This document shows, piece by piece, positions 36,828 through 49,949 of a DNA stretch of 64,000 bases (within the stretch, counting starts at the first letter, position 1; every line of letters begins with the position of its first letter). The position numbers and the translations under genes are program-made. The notes under the pieces were generated by a model. The model had not been told where the DNA came from, did no database searches, and saw only the letters and a program-made list of their open reading frames with translations. Source of the DNA: Octopus vulgaris (Eukaryota); NCBI GenBank assembly GCA_951406725.2, contig OX597815.1, positions 141,050,001 through 141,114,000 on the forward strand, in the 5' to 3' direction.

Positions 36828-39006
36828 CGGCGTACATCTATGTATATGTGTGTGTGTGTGTGTGTTTGTCAGTCTGTTTGCAGTCTGTTTGTATTCATGC
36901 GAACGTTTGTATATATATTTGTGTACCTGTGTATGTGCACATTTGCTGTGAGTTTTCATTAGCTTAAAGTGGCAAAGAGAGAAAAAAAAGCCAAATTTGA
37001 GATATATTGTAGAACAAGTGAGGCGGCTTACGCAGTAAGAGAAGTGTTTACTGAATAAAAGTAAATTGTAACGAAATATCTCGTGTTAGAATGCTGAAAA
37101 GTAGAAGAGAGCCTGTTAAATGTAGCAAAGTGCCGGGAGCTTATAGGATGTTTCTGGGGAATTTATCGTTTCTACGATGTATTATTTAGCAAAGGATTAC
37201 TTCTAAGCTGCAATTTCTGCAAGCGACTGAATTACAGACTTAGGAATACAAAACAGTGAGCCCAAACGCCTGTACAATATTAATGTGAATTATGTTGCTT
37301 TGTATGAAGTACGAATATTGTCTTTGCAATAGTAATATCAATTAACTTATCTAAGACGTTACTACCGCCTGTGTATTCGGTTATGTTCCAGTATGTTATA
37401 ACGCTGGGCTATGCTTTTAATGGAATGCATTTTCGCAATGCTTGAAATGTTAGGTGGCGAGTAGAATATATTTTGTGTTCAGCAGTTTATTAGATATACA
37501 CATCAAAAACGTCGTACATAGACTTGATATAGATCGCGATTTAAATTGGAGCTAGAAATTTGGTGCGTGTCGTATGCAAAGTAGAAATGTGCGCGGTCAC
37601 AGATCCGAAGTTTAGCAAATCAGATCTCCAATATAATGTAGGCTGTTTAACGCGTAATTTCAAGCCGTTGAAAACAGCAGAAATGTAACTAAATATAACA
37701 TGAATGGCAATATACCCTATTACATTAATAATAAGGGACTCTAAATGCTAATATTTGGTTCATACTATAAACTTTTATTTCCAATTGTATCCAGAATTTC
37801 TCAACAGTCCAATTATTTGAAGTATTTTAATAAGTCAGTGATAATTTCTACAGTCTTTATTGATTGAAGTGCTAACCAGTAACTCTATTTCCTTTTCACC
37901 GTCTCTAGTCAGTTATTCATTATCTTTCTATAAGAGTAGAGAAGTGAAGTTGCTTCGAGGTTTTTAGTAATAGTAACGTGCCGGAAATTTAATCTAAGAG
38001 TTGAGCACTTAGCGACTGAAGCTTAACTTTTAGAACCTAAAATGGATATATTGTTTGCTGAATCAGAAAATATCTATTCATTCTATAACTTGCCCCATAG
38101 GGAAAGGGGAGAAAAAAGAAAAGCAGTAGCATATGAATACACAGAAGCTAAAACATGAAGTACAGCGAATAAATTAAAGATCATTTATTAACGTCGCTTC
38201 TTATCTATTCAAGAGAATGAAAGTTTTTGTTAAGAATAATGTAAAAGAAACATAAAATGAATGCATAAGAACAGACACGAAACAGATATAGATATAAAAG
38301 TTATGTGAACTCCACGTACTAAAACGATGACAAAATACGATAAAATGCTCTAAACTTGTGAAGAATGTATAATTTAACAATATATTCATTAACATTTCTC
38401 ACTTGTTAATCTATATCGCTCTGTCATGTTTTACACTACATCTGTCTATTCTCTGGTTTAGAGATACGTCCCAGGAGCAACTTTATTGCCCATCGAGGAA
38501 CCAAAGAGATAAGAGGAAGAGTTGAGATATGTAACGGAAATAGAATCACTGAAGGGGTGGATAACGTTCCAGAAAATGGTAGTCTTCTGCAGTATGACTA
38601 CTTCATATAGTGTTTACAATTTTTAGTCATTGTGTTTTCATGAAAATACTAACTGGTCGATATCCACATTGTATTAGAACATTATAAACGGCATTTATCC
38701 TGTATATTGAAAGCTATTACTTATAGGTACTTTCATATTTGAGCAACTTCATAAAAGAGCCATATTTTCGACATTGATCAATCTCGCAAAATACTATATA
38801 TGCATACATAAACCCATCTATCTATCTATCCACTTGAAAAGGAAAGTGAGAGTAGAGAGGCAAGTTTTGTCTAGCGAATGATTAAAAAAAAGATGGGTGC
38901 CACCCCGTTTTTTGTTTTTTTTTTTTTTTTTCATCCCCCAAAAGAAAAGCTCTACCTTGTAACTTGTCCCATCTGTGTGCAGCCCTGTGTAGCCAATAAA
39001 GAAACT

Positions 39007-39152
<146 letters not shown>

Positions 39153-39503
39153 CAAGTACATGCATATGAATATACATGCATAAACTAAGTGTGTGTGTGT
39201 GGTACATCTGCAAATGCTAACACTTGAATACCTTTTGTCTTTTATCTGTTACTTGTTTCCTATTAAGGACTACGGCCATGCAGGAGCACCGAATACCAAG
39301 ATGCTAGGTTGCGCGGACGTAAACGATGCAGTTATGGGGATGTGTGGAGAAACAGAAATACAAAGACACAAACACACTCATGGATACATATATTTAAAGA
39401 TTTATATAGTTTACTGTCTCGTAAATGTAAGAACACCAAAAAAATGCACTTCATCGAGTGAAAGATAAATATAATTTAAATATACACTGTATCCAGAATA
39501 CGT

Positions 39504-39860
39504 GCTATTAATAGTTTCGAGCATGGGAGGCGCGAGTCTAAGCAGGCTTTTAGGTTTGTGTCTCCAAACAATCTGCGCGCTCTGGGCCCGGGACCTATTT
39601 ACTTATGGCTTTATGGTGAAATGAGAACATATCTCTATGTTTTTCTTTTTTGTTTTCTTTACATTTTCATAATTTTTTTCACCCGTCTACTTTTTGCATC
39701 TACCTTCTTGCTTTTTTCGTGATTTCTCTTGCTCCAGCGTTCTGATATGTAAATTGAATAAGCCATGTGCTCAGTGCTTTAAAAGATTGCTTGGGGACAC
39801 AAGGCATGCTATGAAACCAGCATAGACTCGCGTCACCAGTTCATGCCAGTGTTAATAGCT
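39504..39860. repeat. Diverged fold-back element
   Basis: Three nested pairs: gctattaa/ttaatagc, cgcgagtcta/tagactcgcg, and tgtgtctccaaacaatct/agattgcttggggacaca (16/18). Confidence 0.55.
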
Positions 39861-40042
39861 TGAAATTTTATACTGAATGCACCAAATTACATATATATGT
39901 ATATAATATATATTAATAATTAATTGCTAATTTTTTTACCGTTATGGGTTATTTTACGCATGCTAAGCCACTGATATTATAAACAATAATATACTCACAC
40001 AAACACACATATATATATATATGTATATATACATATATATAC

Positions 40043-40073
<31 letters not shown>

Positions 40074-40096
40074 CATGCATATACACACACATATTT

Positions 40097-40452
40097 TTTA
40101 CTTGTTTCTGACACTTGGTTGTGGCCATGCAGGAGCACCGCCTTTTACTCGACAAAATCGCCCCCTGGATTTATTCTTTGTAACTAAGCCTTTTGCTTAT
40201 TCTATCAGTCTCCTGTGCCGAACCGCTAAGTTGCGGGAACGCAAACACAACAATATCGGTTGGCGAGCGATGGTGAAGTTGGGGGAAAAACACAGACAAA
40301 AACACACACAGATATATACATATATTCGACGGGTTTCTTTTAGTTTCTGTCTACCAAATCCACTCACTTTCATCGGCCTGGAGCCATAGTAGTGGCACTA
40401 GACCCGTAATCAAGTAGTTTGGAAATAAATGTTCACTACATAGCGACACAGT
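40097..40452 (-). mobile_element. tRNA-derived SINE, family A
   Basis: Contains GAGTGGATTTGGTAGACAGAAACT, CTTAGCGGTTCGGCAC and the tail GGCGGTGCTCCTGCATGGCCACA..GAAACAAGTAAAA. A partial copy lies at about 39245-39385. Confidence 0.78.
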
Positions 40453-41654
40453 CACTAGACATTAACACACATAGCGACACAGAGTGAGAGAGAGAGACGC
40501 ATGTATGTATATATAGTGGCAGAAGGAGGAGAAAGAAATAATGAAAAACAGCCGAAAACATACACAGAGATTGGCAAAGATTCAAAAGCTTTAGCGAGAG
40601 AGAGAGAGAGAGAGAAACATTCAAAGAAGTAGAAACTATATTGAAAATTTTGAAATAAAAAATAGGCAACTTTGTGCAACTTGTGCTGCTCCAGTTTAGC
40701 ATGAATTCAAAAGTATTCGTAACTGAACAGATTGTGACAAAAGAAGTGCAACCCATGTGATGTGGAAGTGCATTTGACTGCTTTTTCTTGCAGTCGGGCA
40801 GTCACGTAGTGCCAAATCCTCAGATTTAAAAGAATAAGTACATTTTTCAGTAAAATTAATGCATATGCAACACTTAGAGTGGAATTAATGATTTAACATC
40901 ATTTCAGAGGTTGCAACTTTAACACAGACTTTGTAATTTGTAGTATTTGAATTAATGAACCGTGGACATGATGTGATCAATTTTGAAACTGTAAACTTGA
41001 AAGCCATCCCCATTAAGATTTGAACGTACAATGCAAAGAATTTTTATTAAATTTGCGAAAGAATTTTAGCTTTATTATAAAAAAATATATTTGATGAGGG
41101 ATAGAACGATCGCTTTTTCAAATTTTGGCACATGGGGAAGGAATAAATCGATTACCTCAACCCCAGAGTTCATCTGGTGATATACTATTAATGCCGTCTT
41201 TATATTCTTCTCCATCGGCGATAAACTACTAGACCATTACTGCAGACGATTTAATTGAATAAGCCATCACCTAAATTTCTGTCATATTTATGCAAGGTAT
41301 TTTTTATTTTTTGTTTCTTTTTTTAATTTTTTCCCCCAATCTGTAACATATTGTGCCACGAGAAAGGATATAAGTAATTAAGTATTTTCAACTACCTGAA
41401 AATCATATGACTCGTTCAGTGAACAGTCATCATAATAGTTAATCAGAAAAAAAAACTCTTTACCAAAACAGACTATTTAATATATAAAAAATTTTAAGAA
41501 ACGAAATAGTGTATAAATGATATAACAGTGGAGATATTAAGGCAGTGTAAACAGGCAATTTAAAAATAATAAAAATAATAATATATTATGAACATAACAT
41601 CGCAGAATAATATCAAATATGAAATACATTAGCTGTTAATTGTATACGAGTACG

Positions 41655-41875
41655 ACTTTAAAATAAAGCTGGACCTCTTCCTGTCAGGTGTCTCAGATGA
41701 ACCAACTTCATGGTAGGAGGTGCAGATGAGAGCAGCTGCATCAAACTCTCTCATGCACCAAATGTCAATTGCTAAAAAGCATTCGTGAAGTAAAATCATG
41801 TAGAAACACCGAATGGCGGTGCCCCAGCATGGCCACAACTCGTGAGCTGAAACTAGATGAAAATGAAGATGAAAT
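41655..41875 (+). mobile_element. 3' end of a CR1-group LINE (same family as 61070-63630)
   Basis: KLDLFLSGVSDEP..RAAASNSLMHQ, then the UTR GGCGGTGCCCCAGCATGGCCACAACTCGTGAGCTGAAAC and a GAAAAT-like tail. Confidence 0.72.
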
Positions 41876-42429
41876 GAAAAATTAAATCAAGAACATCCAC
41901 AGTTTCAGGATGACGCTGAACGTGTAGTCACAGGAACTCTCGCAATTGTTGTCATCCAATCTACAGGAGCCTACTTAGAATATCTCCATTCACTATAAAT
42001 ATTTTTTCCACAGTCACCCATCTTTTGATAAATTCACTGAGAAAAAGCATTTCCGTCTCCACCTTGCTTTTCTCTCTAAATGGAAATAAAAAATGTCGAT
42101 TAGAGATTGACTGAAGTGGAACGTGTCTTTCTTCAATTCGTTGAACCTCATTCATACACAACCTTTCCACTATAGCTTCTAGAGTGAAGAGTACAGTCAG
42201 CCCTCCCTTGTTAAAAGTGATTTGTGGCGCTATTCAACCTATCGTGTTGAACGATAGTCGTATTCCTCCTACTTGCTAAATCTAGATGTCAACCATGCTC
42301 GAACGCGGCATGAGTGCGTGCAATTCGGTTTTATTGCTCTGAATGCATGTGAGGCAGCTCTGCCAAGTGTGTGCAGAGTTTATGTAGCATAAACTCAGGC
42401 GAATGTTTTTCATCATCTAGTAATAGTGT

Positions 42430-42605
42430 TTTCTACTAGTAACAAAAGGTCTGGAATTGTGTGGTATGGGGGCAGTCGATATCACCGATCCTTGTGCTTA
42501 ACTGCAACTTATTTTCTCGACCCCGAAAGGCTGAAATGTAAATTAGAACTTGACTCATTTTGAACATAGAAAATGCACGCTAATGATTCTATCAGTTTAG
42601 CGCTT
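42430..42605 (-). mobile_element. SINE family B, degenerate
   Basis: gtcgat..accgatcc..cttatttt.tcgaccccgaaagg.tgaa..gctaatgattct, the reverse complement of family B. Confidence 0.55.
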
Positions 42606-42789
42606 ATAATAATACAATTATTATATATTAAGAATTACTAATGCCATGATAAAAAAAAAAAAGACTTTTCTTTTAAAACTGGGGAGGCAAGCTCTTTTCC
42701 AAAGAGATTTTCAACGAAACATTATATCTATGAAAGTGTTAAACCTCTAATTTGTTGCAGACTTCGAGATGTCTAGAAAATGTGATGTG

Positions 42790-43400
42790 TCAAGATATAC
42801 GCGGGCAGAAATAGACTAAGACGAATCTCCTTCTGATATAACTACGTGATTCACTAGTGAGAGAAAGGCTTGCTTTTTTCCAACATGCCTCTATCTAGAT
42901 CGGGGTTGTTCTTACAGTGTCTTCTTTGTTATAATGATACATATGTACCAGCCTATGTATTAAAGTTTTGGCTAATTAAATACATGTTTCCTTTGAGGCT
43001 GCCTAATGTGCAGACATTCTAATATTGGAGCTAAAATGCCATGCCTGACCATGACCGATATTCGATTCTTGCACGCTTCTTTGCCACATGATCGTGAGCA
43101 AGGTTGTTCATTTCCCATTACCCAGGTTATTTAACTGAAATAAGGGCCAGTCGAGTGTTTGTGCATCTCTCACTTCTTCCAGCTGTCACGTCATGGATAA
43201 TCTACTGGATGAATTTTAGAAAAGCGAAAAACATGTCTATGTCTCTTCCCGAGAGTAGGAAGAGCTATAATGAGAGCATGGCAATACTACCATGTTGTGT
43301 TCGACTCCAAATCACTGCGATAATTAGTTGACTTCTAGAAGCTGGGTGTACTGCGGGATATTTGTTGGACTCTCTGATTGAACCTAGCGACAGTCTAGCA
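42790..43400 (-). mobile_element. Possible very degenerate RTE-clade LINE 3' part
   Basis: Only scattered peptide echoes (ALPTL..GRET*T, IGH...RHG) in roughly the expected order. Confidence 0.25.
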
Positions 43401-44603
43401 AGAGAGATACATTTGTAATTCATATTTCCAACTTTTAATTTTATAATCTTATTTCATTGTAACCCTGCCGTTATGTGAAATCTCATTTCATACGCATCAA
43501 CCGCTGCCCTTGTGGCAATTAGAAAATCACTGTTATTATATCTGTTAAGTACTTGACAAATACAGATGCTTATTAAAGTGACTGCAAGGACAATTTATGT
43601 TCCTATAGTATAGTTTCAAAACCGCAATCGAAATAATAATAATGATAATAGTAGTAGCAAGAGCAACAACAACAATAGTAACAATAATAATTATTATTGA
43701 ATTGGTATAGCAAGAATAATGCTATGTGCTGTTAAATCAGCGCTGTTACTACGGTGATGATTATGGAAAATATAAAATTATGCGCCCGACAAATTGATTT
43801 ATCTGTCGTCTTTCAATATGTATTTATCGTGTGTAATTCTCGAAGTTTATTACTTAATAATAGCGATTGCTCTGCGATACAGATGTATGTGCAGCTTAAA
43901 TACTTGTGAATACAAACACATATGGAGATGACACTGATATGAACACAAGTTATTTTAAAATAAAATCTTAATCTAGCAACAGCTTAAGCGGAACGATAAC
44001 GGTATTAATCTCACCGCCCAAAAAGTTGTCTGAAACAGCCATGAGTACTCCTAATCAAAAGAGAAACAAAGCCAGGTTCAAATATGAGAAACATAATCAC
44101 AAACACTATTGTAAGAATGGAGTGGTTCACCTAAATATAAAGTCCCGAAACACATGTTATCAGTAGCATAAATTCGCGCATAAACAACACAAACACAATA
44201 TAAAATAACAGAATAGGATACCAGTAAATTTACACGAATTTATATATGATGGACAGAAACGAGTAGCTAAATTGTATAGCATCGGTTATATAACTCACTC
44301 TCCTTTTCTATATATGAGCTCATTCATTAGAAATAAGTTCACACTTAAGCGAGCACAATAATAACATATTAGGGGAAACAGAATATACATTTAGCACCCG
44401 TAGCACAGAAACACATCTCATTGTCTCTATAAGTCTGTCTGTCTCAGTCTCTCTCCATTTCTCACTTCCCTCTCTCTTTCTCCCCCCTCTCTCTCTCTCT
44501 ATATATATATATACCTATATACAGAGAAAGAGAGAGAGAAAAGTATATCCATATTAATATATATTTATGTTTACCTATGCACACACACACACACACACAA
44601 GCA

Positions 44604-45655
44604 TACTCATGACAGAAGTAAATAGACACGCCATACAACATCGTTTTATATTTAAGTTGAAAATATTTTTTTGTTAATTGACATTTTTATGTTTCAGATT
44701 CTATATGACACTGTTTAATCCTGCCACGCACAGAAAGAAGGCTTAAAACTGGCCGAATTTCAAAGAGGCCGTATTGTGGGTCAATCTGAACGTGGAATTC
44801 GCCATCGTAAGATTGCAGAAAACCTTGAAATCTTGCTTTCTACACTTGATAGAGTGACTGTGTATTTCGACAGAGAGGGGAATGAGTCCACATCACTTCG
44901 TCTAGGTCGACCAGCACCCCCTGACAGGACCTTTCGCTTTGTTAAGATAGGTGTGGAGGATAATCCTAGCCGCAAGGTTTCTGACATCGCAGAACAAGTT
45001 GATGTCAATTCATGGACAGCTGCCAGGTATCTACACAAACTTGCTTTTGTCCCTATGTCGGAAGGAAAATATGTGATTATTGAACACCTCTCGGGAACAT
45101 TAGACAGGACACTTCGTAAAAAGAATTAGAAAACATGCTCAAAGCCAGATCTTTTGAGATTACTGCATAAAACTTCGCAAGAAATTCTCCAAAAGAATAT
45201 TCATCCTCTGTTCAGTAGCATGCATTGAAAAAAGCAAAGTGTAAATCTACTAATTATTAGATATTCACATTATAATAATTAGTAGATAATTTGAATCTAT
45301 AATGTTGTGTCTGGGGAGAGCTATTTTCCGTTTCTGCCTTATAATTTAACACACTCACCGGTAAAATTTCCACTTATTTCTTATTTTTATTTTTCTAAAA
45401 TTTTCGTTGCGTCTTGCAACATTTTCAATAGTCTTAAAAATAAGAAATAAATGAAAATTTTACCGGTGAGTGTATTAAATTATAAGGCACAAAAAGAAAA
45501 ATGACTCTCCCCAGACACAATAGAATATGCTTCAGCACACGAACTCATATAAAGAGTCTTGCAAACCAAATCCGAAAACGAAATTGAATCTATAATTTCT
45601 GATTTAAATATATTTTTACGATTATAAAGATGTCTTTTTACTTCTGTCATGTGTG
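44604..45655 (+). mobile_element. Internally deleted Tc1 transposon with TIRs
   Basis: TIRs CATGACAGAAGTAAATAGACA and TGTCTTTTTACTTCTGTCATG. N-terminal HTH LAEFQRGRIVGQSERG..KIAENLEI..ST..RV..GRP and second HTH ..AARYLHKL are joined to C-terminal IEHLSGTLDRTLR. The DDE core is missing. Confidence 0.85.
45303..45522. mobile_element. Fold-back MITE (arms about 85 bp) nested in the Tc1 element
   Basis: ttgtgtctggggagag..cactcaccggtaaaatttc pairs with gaaaattttaccggtgagtg..ctctccccagacacaa. Confidence 0.85.
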
Positions 45656-45674
45656 TGTGTGTGTATATATACAC

Positions 45675-45743
<69 letters not shown>

Positions 45744-46550
45744 CAGTTGGTGGCAAGATCAACAAAAAAGTACTCCAGCTGGTGAGAGATAAATATTATT
45801 TAATAAACACAGTATATGTCTTTTATGTGCTACTCTTAGTTTGATGTATTGAGAACATGCCAAACATTGCGGCACATCACACCTGGTATCCCAGCACTCA
45901 TCAAACTTTGCCCACATGGCACAACGAACTAAAATTGGGAAGAGAGAAGAGGCGACAAAAGGTGAAATGGAAGTATATAAAAGGTGGATCGTTGAAAAAC
46001 CGGAAAACGATAAAGTAATCAGAAATAAGCAAAAGAGGAAAAAGGGTTATTTCCCTTAGTCTCTGTCTAAATTATAAAGCTAAAAAATAGTTGCTCAGAG
46101 TTTATGGTACAGTTATTTATCCGGTGGCGGAGGTGCTTCCCAATTCTTCAACATATGCTTACAAACGCTGAAAATTTCGGATCGAGTGTTCAACATTGAG
46201 TTAGAGATCTTAAATCTGAAAAGAATCTGAGATCTTTCAGTTATGCATGGCTTACATTTTTTCATCAGGTATCATATAGTATGGCTTCCGACTATTTTCC
46301 ACTTTATCGTATGTGATGTTGCGTTCGATTTCAAACTCCACATGTGACTAATGAACTCAGTAGCGTTGCTTTTGTCCCTATGTCAGAAGGAAGATATTTG
46401 ATTAACACAGCGTTTCTTAAAATCTCTTTTCCATCGTCCGATATAGCCCTTCTTACCGGTTGTATCATTATCTAGCTTTGTAGTAACTTCTGCTTCACAT
46501 ATGACGGATTTAATCATACATCGCTGGTCGAGAGAGAAGGATTCTGGGTC

Positions 46551-47036
46551 TCAAGAGTTACAAATTGGAGTGGGCTCTTGGTGCTGGTCTCGCCTAGTGA
46601 TTCTCTTCGTACTGGGGCAGCAGTTATATGATACTTTCATAGATCGCCTGTTAAATATCTTCCTGTATCCGTGATTTTCTAGATTCTTTTTATCTACGAA
46701 AGACAGGAAACTTTTACCTCTATTACATTTTACGTTAAAAGAAATGGGCAGGGGCAAACAAATAATTTTCGTAGTTCTCTTTTTAGACCTATTATAATTA
46801 TTATTCTGATTAATATGAGAATGGTTATATATTAATTTATCTTTAAAGCCACTAATGACTAAGGCGCTGTTGTAGTTGTGGGCTGCCTTCTCGAAAATTT
46901 CTTTGGAAGAAGAGAGGTTAGAAATTCTGTTACTGATAATAGCTAACGAGTTTTTTAATATTACAGGAGGGTGACAATACTGTTTATGTATATAGCCATG
47001 TTTCTCGTTAGGCTTATGGTACATATTCACATACAT
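46551..47036 (-). pseudogene. Penelope RT thumb/linker fragment
   Basis: YHKPN..YIHKQYCHPPVILK..ISNRISNLSSSKEIFEKAA..YNSAL..SGF..GKSFL..YRKIFNRRSMKVSYNC. Confidence 0.8.
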
Positions 47037-47204
47037 ATACCTATATATACATATGAATGTATGTGTAAATATACGTATAATAGGTATTTATATGTATGAA
47101 TATATATATATATGTATATATATGTGTGTGGGCGCGTGTGTGTGTGTATGTGTGTGTGTGTGTGTTTGTTTTTGTTGCCGTACACATTCGCTAACTTTCT
47201 TACA

Positions 47205-47419
47205 AAGGGGTCTAATGCTCTTAGCTTAGACTTTTTGTGGGGCAACCAGATCGAGCCATCTCACGTGTAACTGCCCGAAATGGTTTTGACTGATGAAAGA
47301 AAGCCAATAATGACCCGTCATTTTTTTGCCTGTCCTTCTAAGTGTTGTTCCGCTTGTCCGATTATTTTAACGTCTATCTGTCCGAACGTTTTAATAAACT
47401 CTATTGCGATTGTGTAGGG

Positions 47420-47420
<1 letters not shown>
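47205..47420 (+). repeat. Dispersed repeat; inverted homologue at about 56770-57000
   Basis: tctaatgctcttagcttag..ccag..ctca.gt.taa...ccgaaat matches the reverse complement of about 56925-56998. Confidence 0.6.
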
Positions 47421-47512
<92 letters not shown>

Positions 47513-47979
47513 TATACATATATGTAGATATAAATCGATAGATAGATAGATAGACATGTGTGTGTATGTATATATGCATATATATAGATAACATTTTTGG
47601 ATGAAATTGAACATTATCTCTTATATCCCGTGAGTAATACGCTCATAATCACTATAAACAAACTGTACTTCACTTGGAGAAAGAAACTACGTATCTACAC
47701 ACAGAAACACATTCACATATAGTAATATCTAAATCTATTTCAAGAGTGCAGCTAAAAGTTATTTTCGTACCAGTGATTATTGAACGTCATAAATGAAATA
47801 TTTACAACAATTATGTGTCATCTTTCATATTTTATATTGAAATCACTAATAATATAAACAGTGTAAATTTCAACCATAAATAATGGAAAGCAATTATGAA
47901 CGGAGTTTCATTATTATTATTCTACAATGTTTCATCAGCATTATCAGTATCATCACCCTCATCACCAACGCAAACAACA

Positions 47980-48047
47980 GTACTACAAACACCATCACCT
48001 TCACTACCACCACCACCACCACCACCATCATCACCATCATCATCATC

Positions 48048-48077
<30 letters not shown>
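47980..48077. repeat. (CAC)n-(CAT)n microsatellite
   Basis: Directly visible. Confidence 0.93.
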
Positions 48078-48078
<1 letters not shown>

Positions 48079-49059
48079 CAAATACGTCTGCTGTTTTATA
48101 GTATTTCAATAACTATTAATGCTGTTCTGTTAAGTTCTTTGCAAAGTTATCCGCCATATTAGAGCTAAAAAGATTATGTATGATTTTATGAATTCTTTAA
48201 ATTATCGAGGTGTGACGGATACAATAGCGCAACAGGCTAACAGCATAACGCTCTGCTTTAATTGCTTCATTACTGAACGAGCATTATCATACATATCTAT
48301 AATCAGGGCCTCAGATAACGTTAAAGAAATAAAATGAGGAGAATATACTGAACCAAGAGGAGAAAAGGTGTGATTGCTTACAGAAGATGGAATTCCACAA
48401 AAGACTATCAACTGTCAGAAGGTGGTAGTTATAAACTAGACCAAGACTAATTGAATCCCCTGCAGATATGCACGTCACTATAGGACTTAGCTGTGGGTGA
48501 TAAACTGGGCCAGGATTCATTAAGTCGAACGTGTTGATACTCTGGTTATTTTGTCCCAAGTTTATTGCAATCCAGCAGTCCTGTAATTGAGATTTTTCAC
48601 AGATTCAGTCAGGCACAATATGTCCGTTTCTACATTACACTGTAAGGCATTTCTTTCTTAAAACTATATTCTGATATTCGAAGGAGATTTCTCTATTACG
48701 GACGGCATTCAAGTGATTACACAGCGTTGGCCTTCTTAACCGCTTGATGGAAATTTTGATCAATTTGGTGATCGATAAATTAATTATCAGTGATTTACAG
48801 ACACGCGTATTGACAGTTAAACCAATTAACTAGTAGTTAAAATTTAGCAATAAGTAGTGTGCTGTCTCCATAGTGATTTCATTTACATTCTGAGAGAAAT
48901 AACTCTTATGATCTATCAATGACACGTAACGTTGTACTGAAGATGTATGAGACACTGGGCTTCAATGCAGTGTTTCTGTGAAAATAGGATGGAATGAAGA
49001 CGGTTGTAATGCAACAGATGCCATGTATATTGGATACTGGCTAATGTGAATATTTTAGC

Positions 49060-49125
<66 letters not shown>

Positions 49126-49413
49126 TATATAATCCAGTTCAACCATATGAAAATGCAGTTTATGGCATGAGAAAGGAATTGTAATAAAATTAATGTTATA
49201 TCATTACGAAAGTCTGTGACTGTAGATAGAATGTGAATACAAAAGCCCTTCTGGTACTGATTCTATCAAGTAAAATACACTTGTTTACATGTATTCTTTC
49301 TTTTATTTCAATATAAACCATTTGGTAATTTTGTATGATGCATTACATAACGTGAGAGAAACTTTGAATACAGAAGGCAATTATTTAGTTTCTTGCAACC
49401 TTATATATATTTT

Positions 49414-49590
49414 TACCTGTTTTAGTCATTAGACTGGGACACCACCTTGGAGAGTTTTTAGTTAAATGAACCGACACCAGTTTTTAAAACCTGGTAGGTA
49501 TTCTAACGCTAATTTACAGTAACATAAACTTACCAACACCGGTTTTTCAAGCAGTGGTGGGAAACAGACAAAGGCACAAAGACAACCTGC

Positions 49591-49648
<58 letters not shown>

Positions 49649-49894
49649 TGTCGGTGTGTGTGAGTGTGTGTATACATACATACAAACATACATATATACA
49701 TACATACATCATACATACATACATGCATGCATAAAGATATATAAGTATGTACATCTGACTCAGTTTTCAACTACCAAATCCACCCAGAAGGCTATAGAAG
49801 AAAGCATTTTCCTAAGGTGCCATGTAGTGGGACTGAACCCGCAGACATTTAGTTGGAAAGCAAGTTTCTTAACACACTGCCACGCATGCGCCTG
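49414..49894 (-). mobile_element. tRNA-derived SINE, family A
   Basis: Head GGCGCATGCGTGGCAGTGTGTTAAGAAACTTGCTTTCCAAC..GGGTTCAGTCCCACTAC.TGGCACCTT has A and B boxes, followed by an internal microsatellite. Confidence 0.8.
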
Positions 49895-49913
49895 TATATA
49901 CAGATATACATGC

Positions 49914-49949
<36 letters not shown>

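Noticed and set aside
38460-38580. Possible host exon (AG..GT with one open frame)
   Set aside because: Peptide unrecognised, weak donor site and no partner exons; RNA-seq would be needed.
47883-48162. Poly-His/Thr/Ser/Pro ORFs
   Set aside because: (CAC)n(CAT)n microsatellite with no flanking domain or convincing splice context.
48202-48600. Non-repetitive segment with short ORFs
   Set aside because: No recognisable domain or splice pattern.
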